Part shown: positions 53,088 to 64,000 of the stretch, one piece after another
How positions within the stretch are numbered: the stretch's first letter is position 1
Layout of the letters: each line of letters opens with the position of its first letter
Assembly: GCA_963765765.1 (NCBI GenBank)
Contig: CAVXYC010000029.1
Location: 96,001 to 160,000, forward strand
Direction of reading: 5' to 3'
DNA from: an uncultured Chloroflexia bacterium
GTDB taxonomy: Bacteria > Chloroflexota > UBA6077 > JACCZL01
Length of the DNA stretch: 64,000 nucleotides
The notes under the pieces: model-generated
The model's input: the letters and a program-made list of their open reading frames with translations, nothing else
Database searches by the model: none
Told to the model about the DNA's origin: nothing
Program-made: the position numbers and the translations under genes

Positions 53088-53398
53088 CAGTGGTGTTGAT
53101 ACGTGGTCCCGTGGCAAAGGGCGTTCACTTCTGAAGCCTCGAAATTGCTGGAACGATCAGAAGAGACTATTAACCGTCGCAGGCTTCGAAGGATCAAGCA
53201 GATCCGCAACGAACGACTCCCCGTGCTCGCGTCGCTCGTACGCCACGACGACAGGTGATGACTTCAGACACGCTTCGATCGTAGCCGGTGCCATGTTTTC
53301 GAAAAAAGCGGCGCTCGCAGTAACCTGGCGCCGCGGGGCGTGAATTGGCTCAGAAGTGAACTTGAGCAGGCCGATTCGATGCCTGCTCAATGATTGTC

Positions 53399-53484
53399 TG
53401 GCTGCCGAACTCAGGATTCGAACCTAGACACCGTGATCCAGAGTCCCCGAGCGCTATGCGCTGTGCCATTATACTACACGGCGC
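53399..53484 (-). pseudogene. Degenerate tRNA-Gln(CTG) copy 2 / putative att scar
   Basis: Reverse complement ...CTCTGGATCACGGTGTCTAGGTTCGAATCCTGAGTTCGGCAGCCA; its 5' half differs from copy 1 and does not form the anticodon stem. Confidence 0.75.
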
Positions 53485-53870
53485 TTTCAAAATGCGTCCA
53501 GTCATGGTGTACTCCGGATTCGCTCGAACCGCAAGCAAGAGGCGCTGGGGGGAGACTCGGCGTGGGCTGTCCCGGCGAGTCCATAGCCGCCGCTACGGCC
53601 TTCCAAGGTCACTGCTTAGAGGAATATCATTGGAAATGCGAACAGTCTGGCATACTCGCGGCCGCGGTGAGAGCAGGCTGAGTTAGGAGGGTTCGAACCC
53701 GACGCTGCGGAGCAAGAAGTGCTTCCACTGCTCGGCCGACATGGCAGTTGCTCTTCGACCGCTATACGCTGGCTCGTCGTTTCAACGGCCTTCTCGGGAC
53801 GTGTGGGATAATGGCTCGGGTTCCGGGCGGCGAATCCGGCGGGCCGCAGCAGGTAGCAGAGGAGGCGTCC

Positions 53871-54448
53871 ATGGACCGTGGCGCCATCGCGACGCAGATG
53901 CGCACGCGGGACGTCGTCACGCCACGCACCCGCCTCGTCTTCCCCTCGCACTCTTGGCGATCCAGGGCTTCCACCTCGTGGAGCGCCTCACGCAGGTCGT
54001 TCAGCGCTATCTCTTTGGCATCGCCAACGGCAACGGTATCCTGGGCAGCGTGGCGGACATCGAACCGGTCCACTTCATCTATAACGTGGCCTACCTCGCA
54101 CTGCTCGCCGCGCTCTACATGCTGCTCGGCCTGCACCAGCACGGGCCACGTCGCGTTGGGCAAGCAGCCTTCGCCCTCGTGACGTTCGCGCTGGTATTTC
54201 AAGGGTTCCATGTCGTGGAGCACGTGGCCAAGATGGTGCAGTACCTGCAACTGGGCCTCCGAAACGGGACCGGCGGGATTCTGGGGGACGGGCCCGGCGC
54301 GCTGGTGCCGCTGTTCCCGATCCCGCTGCTCCACCAGGTGTACAACGCCATGCCTACGCCGCGGTGCTGCCTTTATCTGCGCCCAGGATGGCGGAGCCCG
54401 GTCGGGCAGGCACCTCCGCCGACACAGCGATCTAATTACGCCCCATAA
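53871..54448 (+). CDS. His-rich membrane protein with an internal two-fold repeat (frameshifted)
   Basis: AGGAGG RBS before ATG 53871. QGFHLVER...HFIYN and QGFHVVEH...HQVYN repeats lie in the adjacent frame; 3' end uncertain. Confidence 0.6.
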
Positions 54449-54455
54449 CCAGGGA

Positions 54456-55701
54456 CTAGGCGCCGATCAATGCCTTAAGCTGCTCCGTGGCCTGCTGTTG
54501 CAGCGGGAGCGCGTCCTCCACGTTGCCAAAGAGATACTCGCGTTTCGCTTTCTCGAAGTCCATGCCTGGATGCACAGCTACATCAAAAGGCGGGACGTCT
54601 GTTCGGCGACTGTTGAATCTCAGGTGCTCCGTGACCGCGACACCACCGTCCTTACTGAGTAGCCAGTTGATCATCACTCGTGCGGCGTTGGGGTGGGGCG
54701 CCTTGGTATAGAGCAACACCGCGTACATGTTCACGGATTTCATCTCGGGCACGTCGAGCGGCGCCACGTTCTTGGCCAGGCCCTCGGCGGCGAACTGTTC
54801 AAGGATGGGCCCCATCGCTCCGCTAGCAAACGCCGATTGGCCTCGCACCAGCGCTTCCGTGGCTTGCCGCACATCTTTCACGAACACCGGCTGCTGATCG
54901 ACGAAGATCTTCTTGAGGTACTCTTCGGCCTGATCCTTCATGTGGTAGTTCATGTTCACCGCGATCAGATAGGTGGCTCCAACCTGATACTCCATGAACG
55001 TGAGCTGGCCTTTCCACTTCGGGTCCGCCATCTCCGTGATGCTCTGGGGTTTCTCCTTCACGAGATCGGTGTTGTAGAAGAGCGATTGGACCTGGTCCCA
55101 GGTGATCCCGATGACCTTTTGCTTCGCCTTGTCCATGAATCCAGCGTCCAGCCCACCGATCCAGGCCGCGTCATTCTTCGCGTCAGGATGGATGATGGCC
55201 GGGCGAATGTCGTCAAAGGCTCCAGCCGGCATCATGCTGCCCATAATGGGACCGCCAGGCGACAGTAAGGCTACGTCGTATGAGAAGAGGCCGCCGGCTT
55301 GTTCCTGGAGTATCGGCGGCGCGAGGAAACTTGCCGATGCAGCGGATTTTTGCTCCACCTCAATGGAGGGGTAGGCGGCTTGAAACTTGTCGAGAACCTT
55401 ACGGTACCCCTCGCCAGAAAGAGTGGTAACGGCGATTTTGCCTTCCTTATTCGCAGCATCTAAAACCGTCTCCCACTCGGCAGTGGCGCTGGCTGGCTGC
55501 GCAGGTGCCTTTTGGGCGGGCGCGGCGTCCGTCTTGGCTGGTGCCGTCTGTGGCGCCACTACGGTGGGCTGAGCCGCGGGTGTCGCCCGGCGCACAGGCG
55601 GCCGCGAGTGCCGCTACACCGGCCAGGCTGCTCAGGCGGATAAAGTCGCGCCTTCGGATCGAATGCCCCGAAACACCATTGGAACGAGTGTTAGAGTCCA
55701 C
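54456..55701 (-). CDS. ABC transporter substrate-binding lipoprotein, Fe3+/thiamine/polyamine-like class (SBP-1), frameshift near 55590
   Basis: Tat motif RRRDFI, lipobox LAAAC, WETVLDAANKEG, DPKWKG, KAPHPNAARVMINWLLS. Confidence 0.88.
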
Positions 55702-55765
55702 ACCAACACCTCCTGGCTTCTCATGCCACGGGCAGGCAACATGTCCACTGCGATTGTTATTGAGG

Positions 55766-57501
55766 TTAGCCGCCTACCCCACGGTAACCGAAGATTCGGG
55801 CGAGCAGTGCGAGTATGAGGGATATTCCGAGCAAGATCACGGAGAGAACGGAGGCAACCTCGTATTTCCCCTCGACCAGATAATTCAGTTGCAGCACGGA
55901 GAGAGGCTGCGTTGATGGGGTGGAGAGCAGCGACACTTGGGCAATGTTGCGGCTGGCGCTGAGGAACGTGATGATTGCCGTCACGATCAACGTGGGGCTG
56001 AGTAGTGGCAGCACGACGCGTAAGTATGTACGGAAGGCATTAGCGCCGGTGACCCAGGACGCCTCCTCAAGCTCGGTGCCAAGCTGCATCAGACCACTCT
56101 TCACGATTTGGACCGTGAAGGGCATGCTAGCGATGACCAACGCCAGCACTAATGCCGCCATGGTTCCATAGATCGGTCGGAAACCGGGCTGGAGAAGCAT
56201 GGTCACCAGTCCGAGGCTCAGAACCACCCGGGCACTGTAAATGGGAGCCACGTAACCATATCCAGAGCTCCTCGACCAAAGAACTTGGTGCGGACGAGGA
56301 CGTATGCCAGAAACGAGTGGAGTACCACGGAAACGAGCGCCGTGCTGATTGCCAAAGTTAACGTGTTTCCGAGTGCGCGCCCCAGCACCCGGTCATTGAG
56401 CGCGGCACTCCAGTGTTGAAGGCTCCAGCCATCCGCCATAAAGAAGCCAAAGAGCTTCATGAACGTACCCATGATGGCGAACACAACTGGAACCCCGACA
56501 ATCAAGGCGAGCAGGATCGCGATTGACGCACTTAAGGGCCAACGCCATCGACCCAATGGGATAAGCTGTCCGCCGAACTTCCAGGTTACCGTCGCATAGG
56601 AACGGTCAGCCAGGACCTTCCGCTGCATCAGGATAAGTATCATCGAGACCGCGATGGTCACCACCGCTAATGCTGCTACCGCGTCATACCGTGGTGGTTG
56701 CTGATTCAACACGCTGTAGATCCAGGTGCTGAAGACGCGCAAGTTGATGCGACCGCCGAGGATTTGCTCGATCTCAAATGCTTCCAATGAGCGCAGAATC
56801 GCAAGGAGCTGCACAGCGAGAATCACGGGCAGCATCAGCGGGATGAAGATCCGTCGGAGCGTTCCGAGCGTACTGGAGCCCGAAATGTACGACGCTTCCT
56901 CGAACGAAGCATTCATGTTCCGAAATGCCGGTGTGAGGAGCATGACCTTCACTGCGACGGTCGTGGCCATGAGCTGTACCCAGACGATGCCCCAGAAGGA
57001 GTAAATCGTCATCGGACCAGACGTGCCTCCACCCAGGCCAATCGAACGCAGCCACTGATTGATCAGCCCGAACTGCGGATCCAGCAGCAGGATCCAGCTC
57101 AACGTGACGGTCAGACTGGGAAAGAAAAAGGCTAGCCAGAAGAGGAACTCGAACACGCGTGCGCCAGGGAGATCAGTGCGAGCCAGGAGCCACGCAATGA
57201 ACACTCCAACCACAAGAGCAATGCCCTGACGAACGACGGTGAGCGTGACGGTATTCCACGCTGCGGATTGAAGCCCGCGATCGCTGACGACGGCTCGCCA
57301 ACCATCTAAGCCCCACACGGGCATCTGACCGGGGATTGCTGCGTTAAAGCTCTGGATGACGATTTGAACGATGGGATAGGCGGTTACAAAGAGCACGAAC
57401 AACGCGACAAGTGTTAGGAGAACGGTGGAAAGCTCGAGCCTTTGAATGCGCCGCACGTGCGGCGCCGGCTGTGCAATCAGTTCAGGACTGGCCGTGCTCA
57501 T
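55766..57501 (-). CDS. FbpB-like fused two-domain ABC permease, frameshift near 56225
   Basis: LARTDLPG and two EAA loops (FEEASYISG; LEEASWVTG). Confidence 0.88.
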
Positions 57502-57543
57502 AGCGCCCCACAACCGAGTCTTAAGATCAAGGCGGGCATCAAT

Positions 57544-58759
57544 CTATGCGCCGATAAGCGTCTTGATCTGGTCCGCCGCCTGCTGCTGGAGAGGAAGTGC
57601 TTCTTCGACATTTCCAAAAAGGAATTCACGCTTTATCTTCTCGAAGTCTGTGCCTGGATGCACACTGGCATTGGCCGGCGGTACATCGGCCCTACGGCTG
57701 TTGAAGCGCATGTGCTCGTTTACAGCCAGGGCGCCATCCTTACCCAGCAGCCAGTTGATGAGCAGCCTGGCGGCGTTGGGATGGGGCGCTTTGGTATAGA
57801 GAAGCACCCCCTGCCCGGTAACGATTTTCATTTCGGGCACGTCCAGCGCAACGACATTCTTGCCGAGGCCCTCCGCGGCGAACTGCTCGAGAATAGGGAG
57901 CGTTGGGCCCGTGGCGAACGCGAACTCGCCCCGGATAAGTCCCTCCGTCGCTTGCCGGCCCTCTCGAAGGAATGTTGGCTCCTGGTCCACGAAGATCTTC
58001 TTGAGCCACTCCGCCGCTTCGTCCTTCATGTGGTGATTCATGCCGACCGCGACGATGTATGTAAACCCCGTCTGGTACTCCATGAAGGCCAATTTGCCTT
58101 TCCACTGCGGATCCGCCAAGTCCTTGATGGTGGTCGGCTTCGTTTTGACCAGGTCGGAGTTGTACATGATGGTCTGATTCTGGTCCCACGTATTGCCAAA
58201 GACCTTCTGACGGGCCTTGTCCATGAAACAGGCATCCACCCCACCAATCCAGGAAGCGTCATTTGTCACATCGGGATGGATGGCGCCGGACGGATATCAT
58301 CAAAGGCACCGGCTGGCATCATGCTGCCCATAATCGGGCCACCGGGTGACAGGAAACAGACGTCGTAGGAGTAAACCCCGCCCGCTTGCTCCTGCAAAAT
58401 CGGCGGAGCCAGGAAACTGGCTGATGATGCGGACTTATGCTCTACTTCGACGCCGGATAGGCCTCGTGAAACTTGTCCAGCACCTTCCGGTAGCCATCCC
58501 CCGCCAGAGTGGTGACCACTACCTGGCCCTCTCTCTTGGCGCCCTCGACCACGTTGTCCCATTCGGCCGTACCACTAGCCGACTGGACTGGAGCTTTCCC
58601 TGCGGCGGGAGCATCCTGCTTTGATGCAGCTTTGGGTTCCGGAGTTGACGTTGCGGCCTGACCACAGGCCGCCGCTAGGGCAGCAACACCAGCCAGTCCG
58701 GCGAAGCGCAGGAACTCGCGGCGTCGCATTCGTAACTGTGGATTCGATCGTCGATTCAC
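57544..58759 (-). CDS. ABC transporter substrate-binding lipoprotein (SBP-2), paralog of SBP-1, at least two frameshifts
   Basis: RRREFL Tat motif, LAAAC lipobox; long near-identical blocks shared with SBP-1 across three ORF pieces. Confidence 0.87.
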
Positions 58760-59067
58760 GGGACACATCCTTGGTCGAGATCTGCCTGCCAGGGAACCGC
58801 AGGTTGACAACTCACAGCAGAGGCGATATTTGTTGGGAACTCCGGGCAGATATCTGGTCGCTGGGCAGGCAGTGTAGCACCGATTTGCGCAAACCGAAAG
58901 ATATTTTTCAGACGGTAAGGACGCCAGGGTGGCAGCCCGATGAAGGCGTCGGCACGGGGTGCCGACTGAGTGAAACGCCCGAGCCATCCCGAGTCGATCG
59001 ATCAGCTTCCCGCAAGGAACTCAAAAACGGCTAGAGAGTCGTCAAGCCCGGAGAAGGAGACGCACGA

Positions 59068-60131
59068 ATGACCATGATCGATGCCGACACACATGTCGAC
59101 GAATCCGAAAGCACGTGGAGCGCGCTCGAGGGAACCCCGTTCGAGAAGTTCATCCGGTAACAACCACGCTGCCAGCCGAGGAGGCGACGACGCGCCGGCT
59201 ACAACTCAGTGAACAGCCGCTGCTGGGTGGTTGAGGGTCGACTGCGAAACCGGGCAATCCGCGATGAAGTCAACCATCCTCCACGAGTATTTCGAGAACT
59301 CGAAGATGTGCCAGGTCGCCTCGCTCACATGGACAAGATGGGCGTCGACATGCAGGTGATCTTCCCGACGTTCTTCATCCGGTACAACACCAACAACGCC
59401 GATGCCGAGCTGGCATTGACCAGCGCGTATAACCGGTGGCTCGCTGGGAAGTGTGCGCAGTCCAATGGCCGCTTACGTTGGGCGGCTGTGCTGCCGTTTC
59501 TGTCGCCGGAGAGGGCCATCGAGGAACTGCGGTGGGCCAAGGACAATGGCGCGTGCGGAATCTTCAAGCGCGGATTTGACCTGAATCGGCCGGTTACGGA
59601 TCCCCATTTCTTTCCGGTGTATGAGGAAGCCAGTGAGTTGGACATTCCCCTCTGTATCCCACCGGACATCCCCTGCCCGGATCCGAATGGGACCGCGGCT
59701 TCCCCATCATGCACGCGTTCATCGCACTCGTGAACGCCGGCCTGCCCCAGAAGTTTCCCAAGCTCCGATTCGGTCTTATCGAGGCCGGGGCCTCCTGGAT
59801 TCCCTACACCATCTCTCAGCTCGGAGCGCAGAAGCGTGCCGCCTTGCGCGGACAGCAATCTCAATCTCCCGATCTCTATGACCTCGAACCGGAGTTGTTT
59901 GAGTCCAATCGCCTGTTCGTCGCCATCGATCCGATCGATGACATCCGGACGCTACTCAAGTTCGGAACTGAGGATCACCTCATGATCGGTACGGACTACA
60001 GCCACACCGATATTTCGGCGAACCTTAGCGCGCTCGACGAGGTGAACGGCTGGGCGAACGAGGGGCGAATCACCCAGGATCAGGCGAAAAAGATACTTCA
60101 CACAAACGCCAAGGCGTTTTACGGGCTATGA
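59068..60131 (+). CDS. Amidohydrolase_2-family metal-dependent hydrolase/decarboxylase (frameshifted)
   Basis: AAGGAG RBS; MIDADTHV (variant of the HxH motif), AYNRWLA, FFPVYE..LDIPLCI, FPKLRFGLIEAG, GTDYSH, NAKAFY. Confidence 0.85.
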
Positions 60132-60225
60132 GTGTCTGAGCGAAGCGAAGAGGAGCGACCACGAACTCGCCATAGTGGTTCTGAGTTAAAGTCGCTGGTC
60201 AAGCATTTGGGCGGCGCAACAGAGC

Positions 60226-61989
60226 CTAGTGTTCCCCGATTGCTCGTGAGATCCACTTCCGTCCGATGTAGACGACGGCCAGATTAAATGTGACCAGCGC
60301 TACCATCATCGCTGCGAATACCGGAAACCTTCCGTTGGCAAACCGGTCATAGATGACGTTTCCAGCAAGGAGCACTCCGCCGCCGGCAACGACCAGCGCG
60401 GTGGTGAAGTCGCGTGCCGCGTGAGTAAGTATCCAAAGCCAACCGTTGAGGAACGCAGGAATCAAGAGACGAAGATTTATTTGGAAGAAGGTGACCACCT
60501 GACTCACACCGGATGTCAGTGCTGCTTCCTCCAGCTCTCGATGTATCTGAACCTGCGCCGCGTGCATGAGGCGAGTGCCGTACGCGATGAAGCGCGCCGT
60601 ATAGGCGACCACAAGTAGCGCAATGGATCCAAATACAGGTGTGCCGATAAACAACAAGAAGAATGCCAGTCCGGAGATCACCGCCGGAATAGCGAGCGGC
60701 AAAAAGGCCAATCCGTTCACGATCTGACTAAGCCACGATGGCCAGCGGACGAGCTGCCACGAAATGAACGTGACCAATAGCATTGTCACCGTCGCAGCCG
60801 AGGCCGAGACCACAATCGTATTCACGAAGTATTGACCGAAGAAGCGGTAGTCCAGCAGGTCCTGGTAATTGTTGACTGTCCAGATTATTCGTACGTCCGG
60901 TACGAGAGGTTGGTAGAACTGCTGGAAGCTGGTAACCAAGAGAATCGAGAACGGAATAACCGCGGCAAGTGCCATATAGACAGCGACCATGGCAAGCGCG
61001 GGCCACCGCAATCGTCCCAACGCAATCCTCCGCGGGCGGTACGCCTTTCCCGTGACAACGGCAAACTTGTTGGCGCGGCGAAGGAAATACAAGTAGCCGC
61101 TTATCCCCAGCACACCCAGAACCATCCCGGACATGCCGAGAGTGGCCGGCGGCCGATAGAGAAACCATCCGTCGAATGGAGCATCTCGTACACACGCGTA
61201 GCGAGCACGTCGATACCGGCCGTGCGTCCGAGCGCTAAGTGGCGTCTCAAGCGTTTCCATTCCCACTATGAGGTATAGAACCGTAACCGCGAGCAGGCCG
61301 GGCGCCATAAGCGGCGCAGTGACGAACGCAATGGTTCTCGCCCGACCAGCGCCGGCCGCCGCGGCGGCATCCTCCAGGCTCGGATCCATCTGTCGTAGCA
61401 CGCTTATCAAGAGCAGCCACATCGACGGGACCATCCCAATTGCCTGAACGAAGATCATCCCTCCGAGACTGAAGATGTTGATCGGTCCTTCCTGCGTGTT
61501 GAGATTCAGGAGAATACGCAAGCCACTCGTTCATGGTGCCCGCTCGTGGCCCGAGAAGCAGAACCCATCCAAGAGCCGTCGCGAATACCGGCACGCTCAT
61601 CGGGATGAACATCAGTGCGTAAAAGGCGTTCCGCCCCGGAAAGATCGGTTCGCTCGGTCAGAAATGCCAAGGTGAATGCAATGGGCAGCGCGACAAGCAA
61701 CGACCCTATCGCGAAAACGACTGTGTTCCGAAATAGGGCGGGCGTTTGGGCATCGCCGAAGATAGTCAGATAGTTGGAGAACGTGAACGGCCCTCGAACG
61801 GCAGTGTCTGAGCCGGACGAAGACTTGCGATTGCCATGACACAGATTGGTACGACGACCAGCAGCAGCAACACCGCCAATGACGCCGCGAGGGCTACCTT
61901 GCGACCATCGATGGTAAGTCGAATCGGTACCGTTCGGCTCGGGGCTCCTGTTCTAGCGAGCCTCGCCGCGCCTGGGCTTCCGTGGCCAT
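60226..61989 (-). CDS. FbpB-like ABC permease (multiple frameshifts)
   Basis: LTERTDL, LEDAAAAAG, LEEAALTSG and TM segments spread over several frames. Confidence 0.82.
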
Positions 61990-62104
61990 TGATGACTCCC
62001 GTCCTGCTGGTGGCCAGCCGAAGCCGGCGCCGGATTACTGGGATAATGCCGGGCGCGGTGGGGTGGCGCAGGGAAAAAGCGCACCCCCAGTCCGTAACCA
62101 GCGT

Positions 62105-63440
62105 CTAGCTCTGGACGCACGAAGGATGGTTCTTCGCGCATCCCCAGGGGTAGGGCACCTTGGTTCCCGTCTGGATGCCAGTCTTCATCGCGGTTAGCGC
62201 GATTTGACGATACTGCTCAAGCAGCTCTACGTCCTTCTCAGTGCGAGGCTCGGACAGGTTCTTCTCTGCAGTGAGCCCAGCGTCGCGGAGCGTTTTTCCG
62301 ATCTCGTAGCGGTCGGCCTCGGGTGCAAAGAATGGCCGAGAACCGCTCCCGCCGCGCTCGGATATGATCCATTCGCCCTCGAAGTTTCGCCAGCCGTAGA
62401 ACAGGTCAGCAAGATCCGGGCTATTTGCCGACAGTGCGGGGAGGCAGGTAATCAAGCTATTGGTTGGAACGACATCCGGCCAGGTGAATGCAAGGGGCGC
62501 ACCTCTCGAGATCTCATCTTGGGCTTGAGAAGTCACCGTGACTCCGATGTCGGCTTCACCTTGACTGACTGCCTGAACCACCCCAGCACTTCCGCCTGGA
62601 GGTAACTTGAGTCCATAAGTGCCGAGGTTCTGCCATAGGCAGCCATGCGCTCCGGTGGCCAGTCCTTATGGAACGGAATGATGTACAGCCCGCCCGCACC
62701 GTCCTGGAATGCCACGCGCCCGCGCCATTGCTCAGTAAGCAAGTCATCCCACGTGAGGCTCTTTACCTCATCTGCCTTGACTTCCGGGTGTTGTAGACGA
62801 AGGTGTAAATCCCCTGACGGCTGAGCATGCAATGGTCGGAAAGCTTTGTGCCGTTTGGACCACCACCCGAATCAGGGTAGAGCGCGCGTAGATCGGTCGT
62901 ATGGGCCACTCTCCGCCAGGCCTCCCACGGCGGGATCCGTAACGCTCCTTCGCGCATCAGGTTGGTCTGCGTGGCCGTGGTCCCTGTGCTGAACGAGTCG
63001 AGAATAGCCTTTCCAGATTTGTGGGCCTGAAGAAACCGTGGAGTCACTTCCTGGGTCACGTGTCTCTGGCTCGTTTTCAAGCCGCAACCTTATTCCAAAG
63101 CGCTTCTCAAACTGTTCTTCCCACACCTTGATAACGTCGGGCTCGACATCGGAAAGCGATGAACGTAGGCGACCATCGCCCGCATTCGCTTTCGGCCTTC
63201 TCCAGGAGGGCATCGAACTTGGGTTTCGCAGAAGCGGCCACTGTCGAGGCGGGACGGCTTCTAGGCGCGACAGCACCTACGGGCTTCTGGGCAGGAGCCG
63301 CGTCTGAGCTTTCTGGGGCCGGCTTCGTCGACGACAGGCACCGGAGAGCGGGGCGCGCCTTCACCATCGCGACGGAAAGATCGGCTTCATGGGATCGATC
63401 TCCCCAAAATGCCGCAGCCCCCGGCGGTTGACCGGCTCAA
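62105..63440 (-). CDS. ABC transporter substrate-binding protein (SBP-3), heavily frameshifted; start approximate
   Basis: FDALLEKA, TWDDLLTEQWRGR, VSQGEADIG, RGAPLAFTWP fragments. Confidence 0.7.
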
Positions 63441-63666
63441 TGACGCCGCTGATACCGGAGTAGCTGCTGGTAGACCGAAATCCTTCGAGTTCACAGAAAC
63501 TTCAAAATCTCTCAGGTGACCCTAACCGTCGTCACAAAAATCTGTCGGTGTGACAAGAAGTGCAGTGGAGGTGCAATTGCTCATCTCAAGTGCGCGTTCG
63601 TCCTTGGCAATGGAGCGCTTGAGACCCTGAAATGTGCGATGGGACGCACTGTTGTGGATGGTTTCT

Positions 63667-64000
63667 CTAGCCTGTCGGGAAGACCGCCAGCAGTCCACCG
63701 TCGCACGGGACGTCGATCCCGGTGATGAAGCTCCGCCATCGGCGAAGCGAGAAAGAGAACGGCTTGCGCCTGATCCTGTGGCCGTCCCCAGCGCTTGAGT
63801 GGAATATTCTGCGGGGGCTCGCAGCGTGGAGATCTTGGTGCACACATCAGGTCGCCCAACGGGCGTGCCGCTCTGGGTTGGTGTCACAGAATTCACGCGA
63901 ATGCCGTGGGGCGCAAGCTGCATGGCCATGGACCGAGTCAGGTTGAGTAAGCCGGACTTTGCCACACCGTAGGCGATGCGACCTGTTTCTCCCCGGTGGC
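63667..64000 (-). CDS. Short-chain dehydrogenase/reductase, C-terminal part (truncated by the window edge, frameshifted)
   Basis: YGVAK (YxxxK), [32 protein letters not shown]. Confidence 0.85.

Noticed and set aside
53535-53620. Possible cobalamin riboswitch
   Set aside because: Lacks the GGGAA, GCCACTG and B12-box elements.
53685-53705. GGGTTCGAACCC as a third tRNA fragment
   Set aside because: Only a T-arm-like 12-mer, with no acceptor or anticodon context.
58886-58945. c-di-GMP-I riboswitch-like words (GCAAACC, GAAA, GGACGC)
   Set aside because: Order and pairing do not form the P2/P3 stems.

Overview
About 60% GC bacterial chromosome segment, most likely Chloroflexota. This is inferred from the GAAC-N4-GTTC-type LexA box, the FtsH N-terminus, the archaeal-type ProRS, the split GcvPA/PB and an actinobacterial-like fhaA-fhaB-rodA-pbpA block. 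Bases 1-49 kb are mostly core genome: cinA(3')-recA-recX; a PucR-type regulator coupled to glnA; a PyrR-attenuated pyrR-B-C-carAB-pyrK-D operon; TolB-like-divIC-tilS-hpt-ftsH-HDAC-prs; secA; gcvT-H-PA-PB plus orphan oppDF; proS; alr; DinG; pbpA/rodA/FHA genes; acpS; recJ; rplY; mobA; tatA; tRNA-Glu. Bases 49-64 kb are accessory: katG with a Fur/PerR regulator, two decayed tRNA-Gln(CTG) copies that look like anticodon-loop att scars, then ABC binding proteins (two clearly Tat lipoproteins), FbpB-like permeases, an amidohydrolase and an SDR, with no ATPase seen. Single-base frameshifts occur even in core genes (proS, gcvPB, katG) and become dense after 53 kb, so many are probably long-read consensus errors. 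Main unexpected observations: a PyrC lacking several metal/substrate ligands (PyrC'-like), tandem tRNA-Gln att scars, a perfect SOS box in the secA promoter, four unrelated REPIN/MITE-like fold-back elements, a DinG with an apparently dead exonuclease domain, a short non-T-box attenuator-like proS leader, and several leaderless genes. No CRISPR array, rRNA, integrase or transposase was seen.
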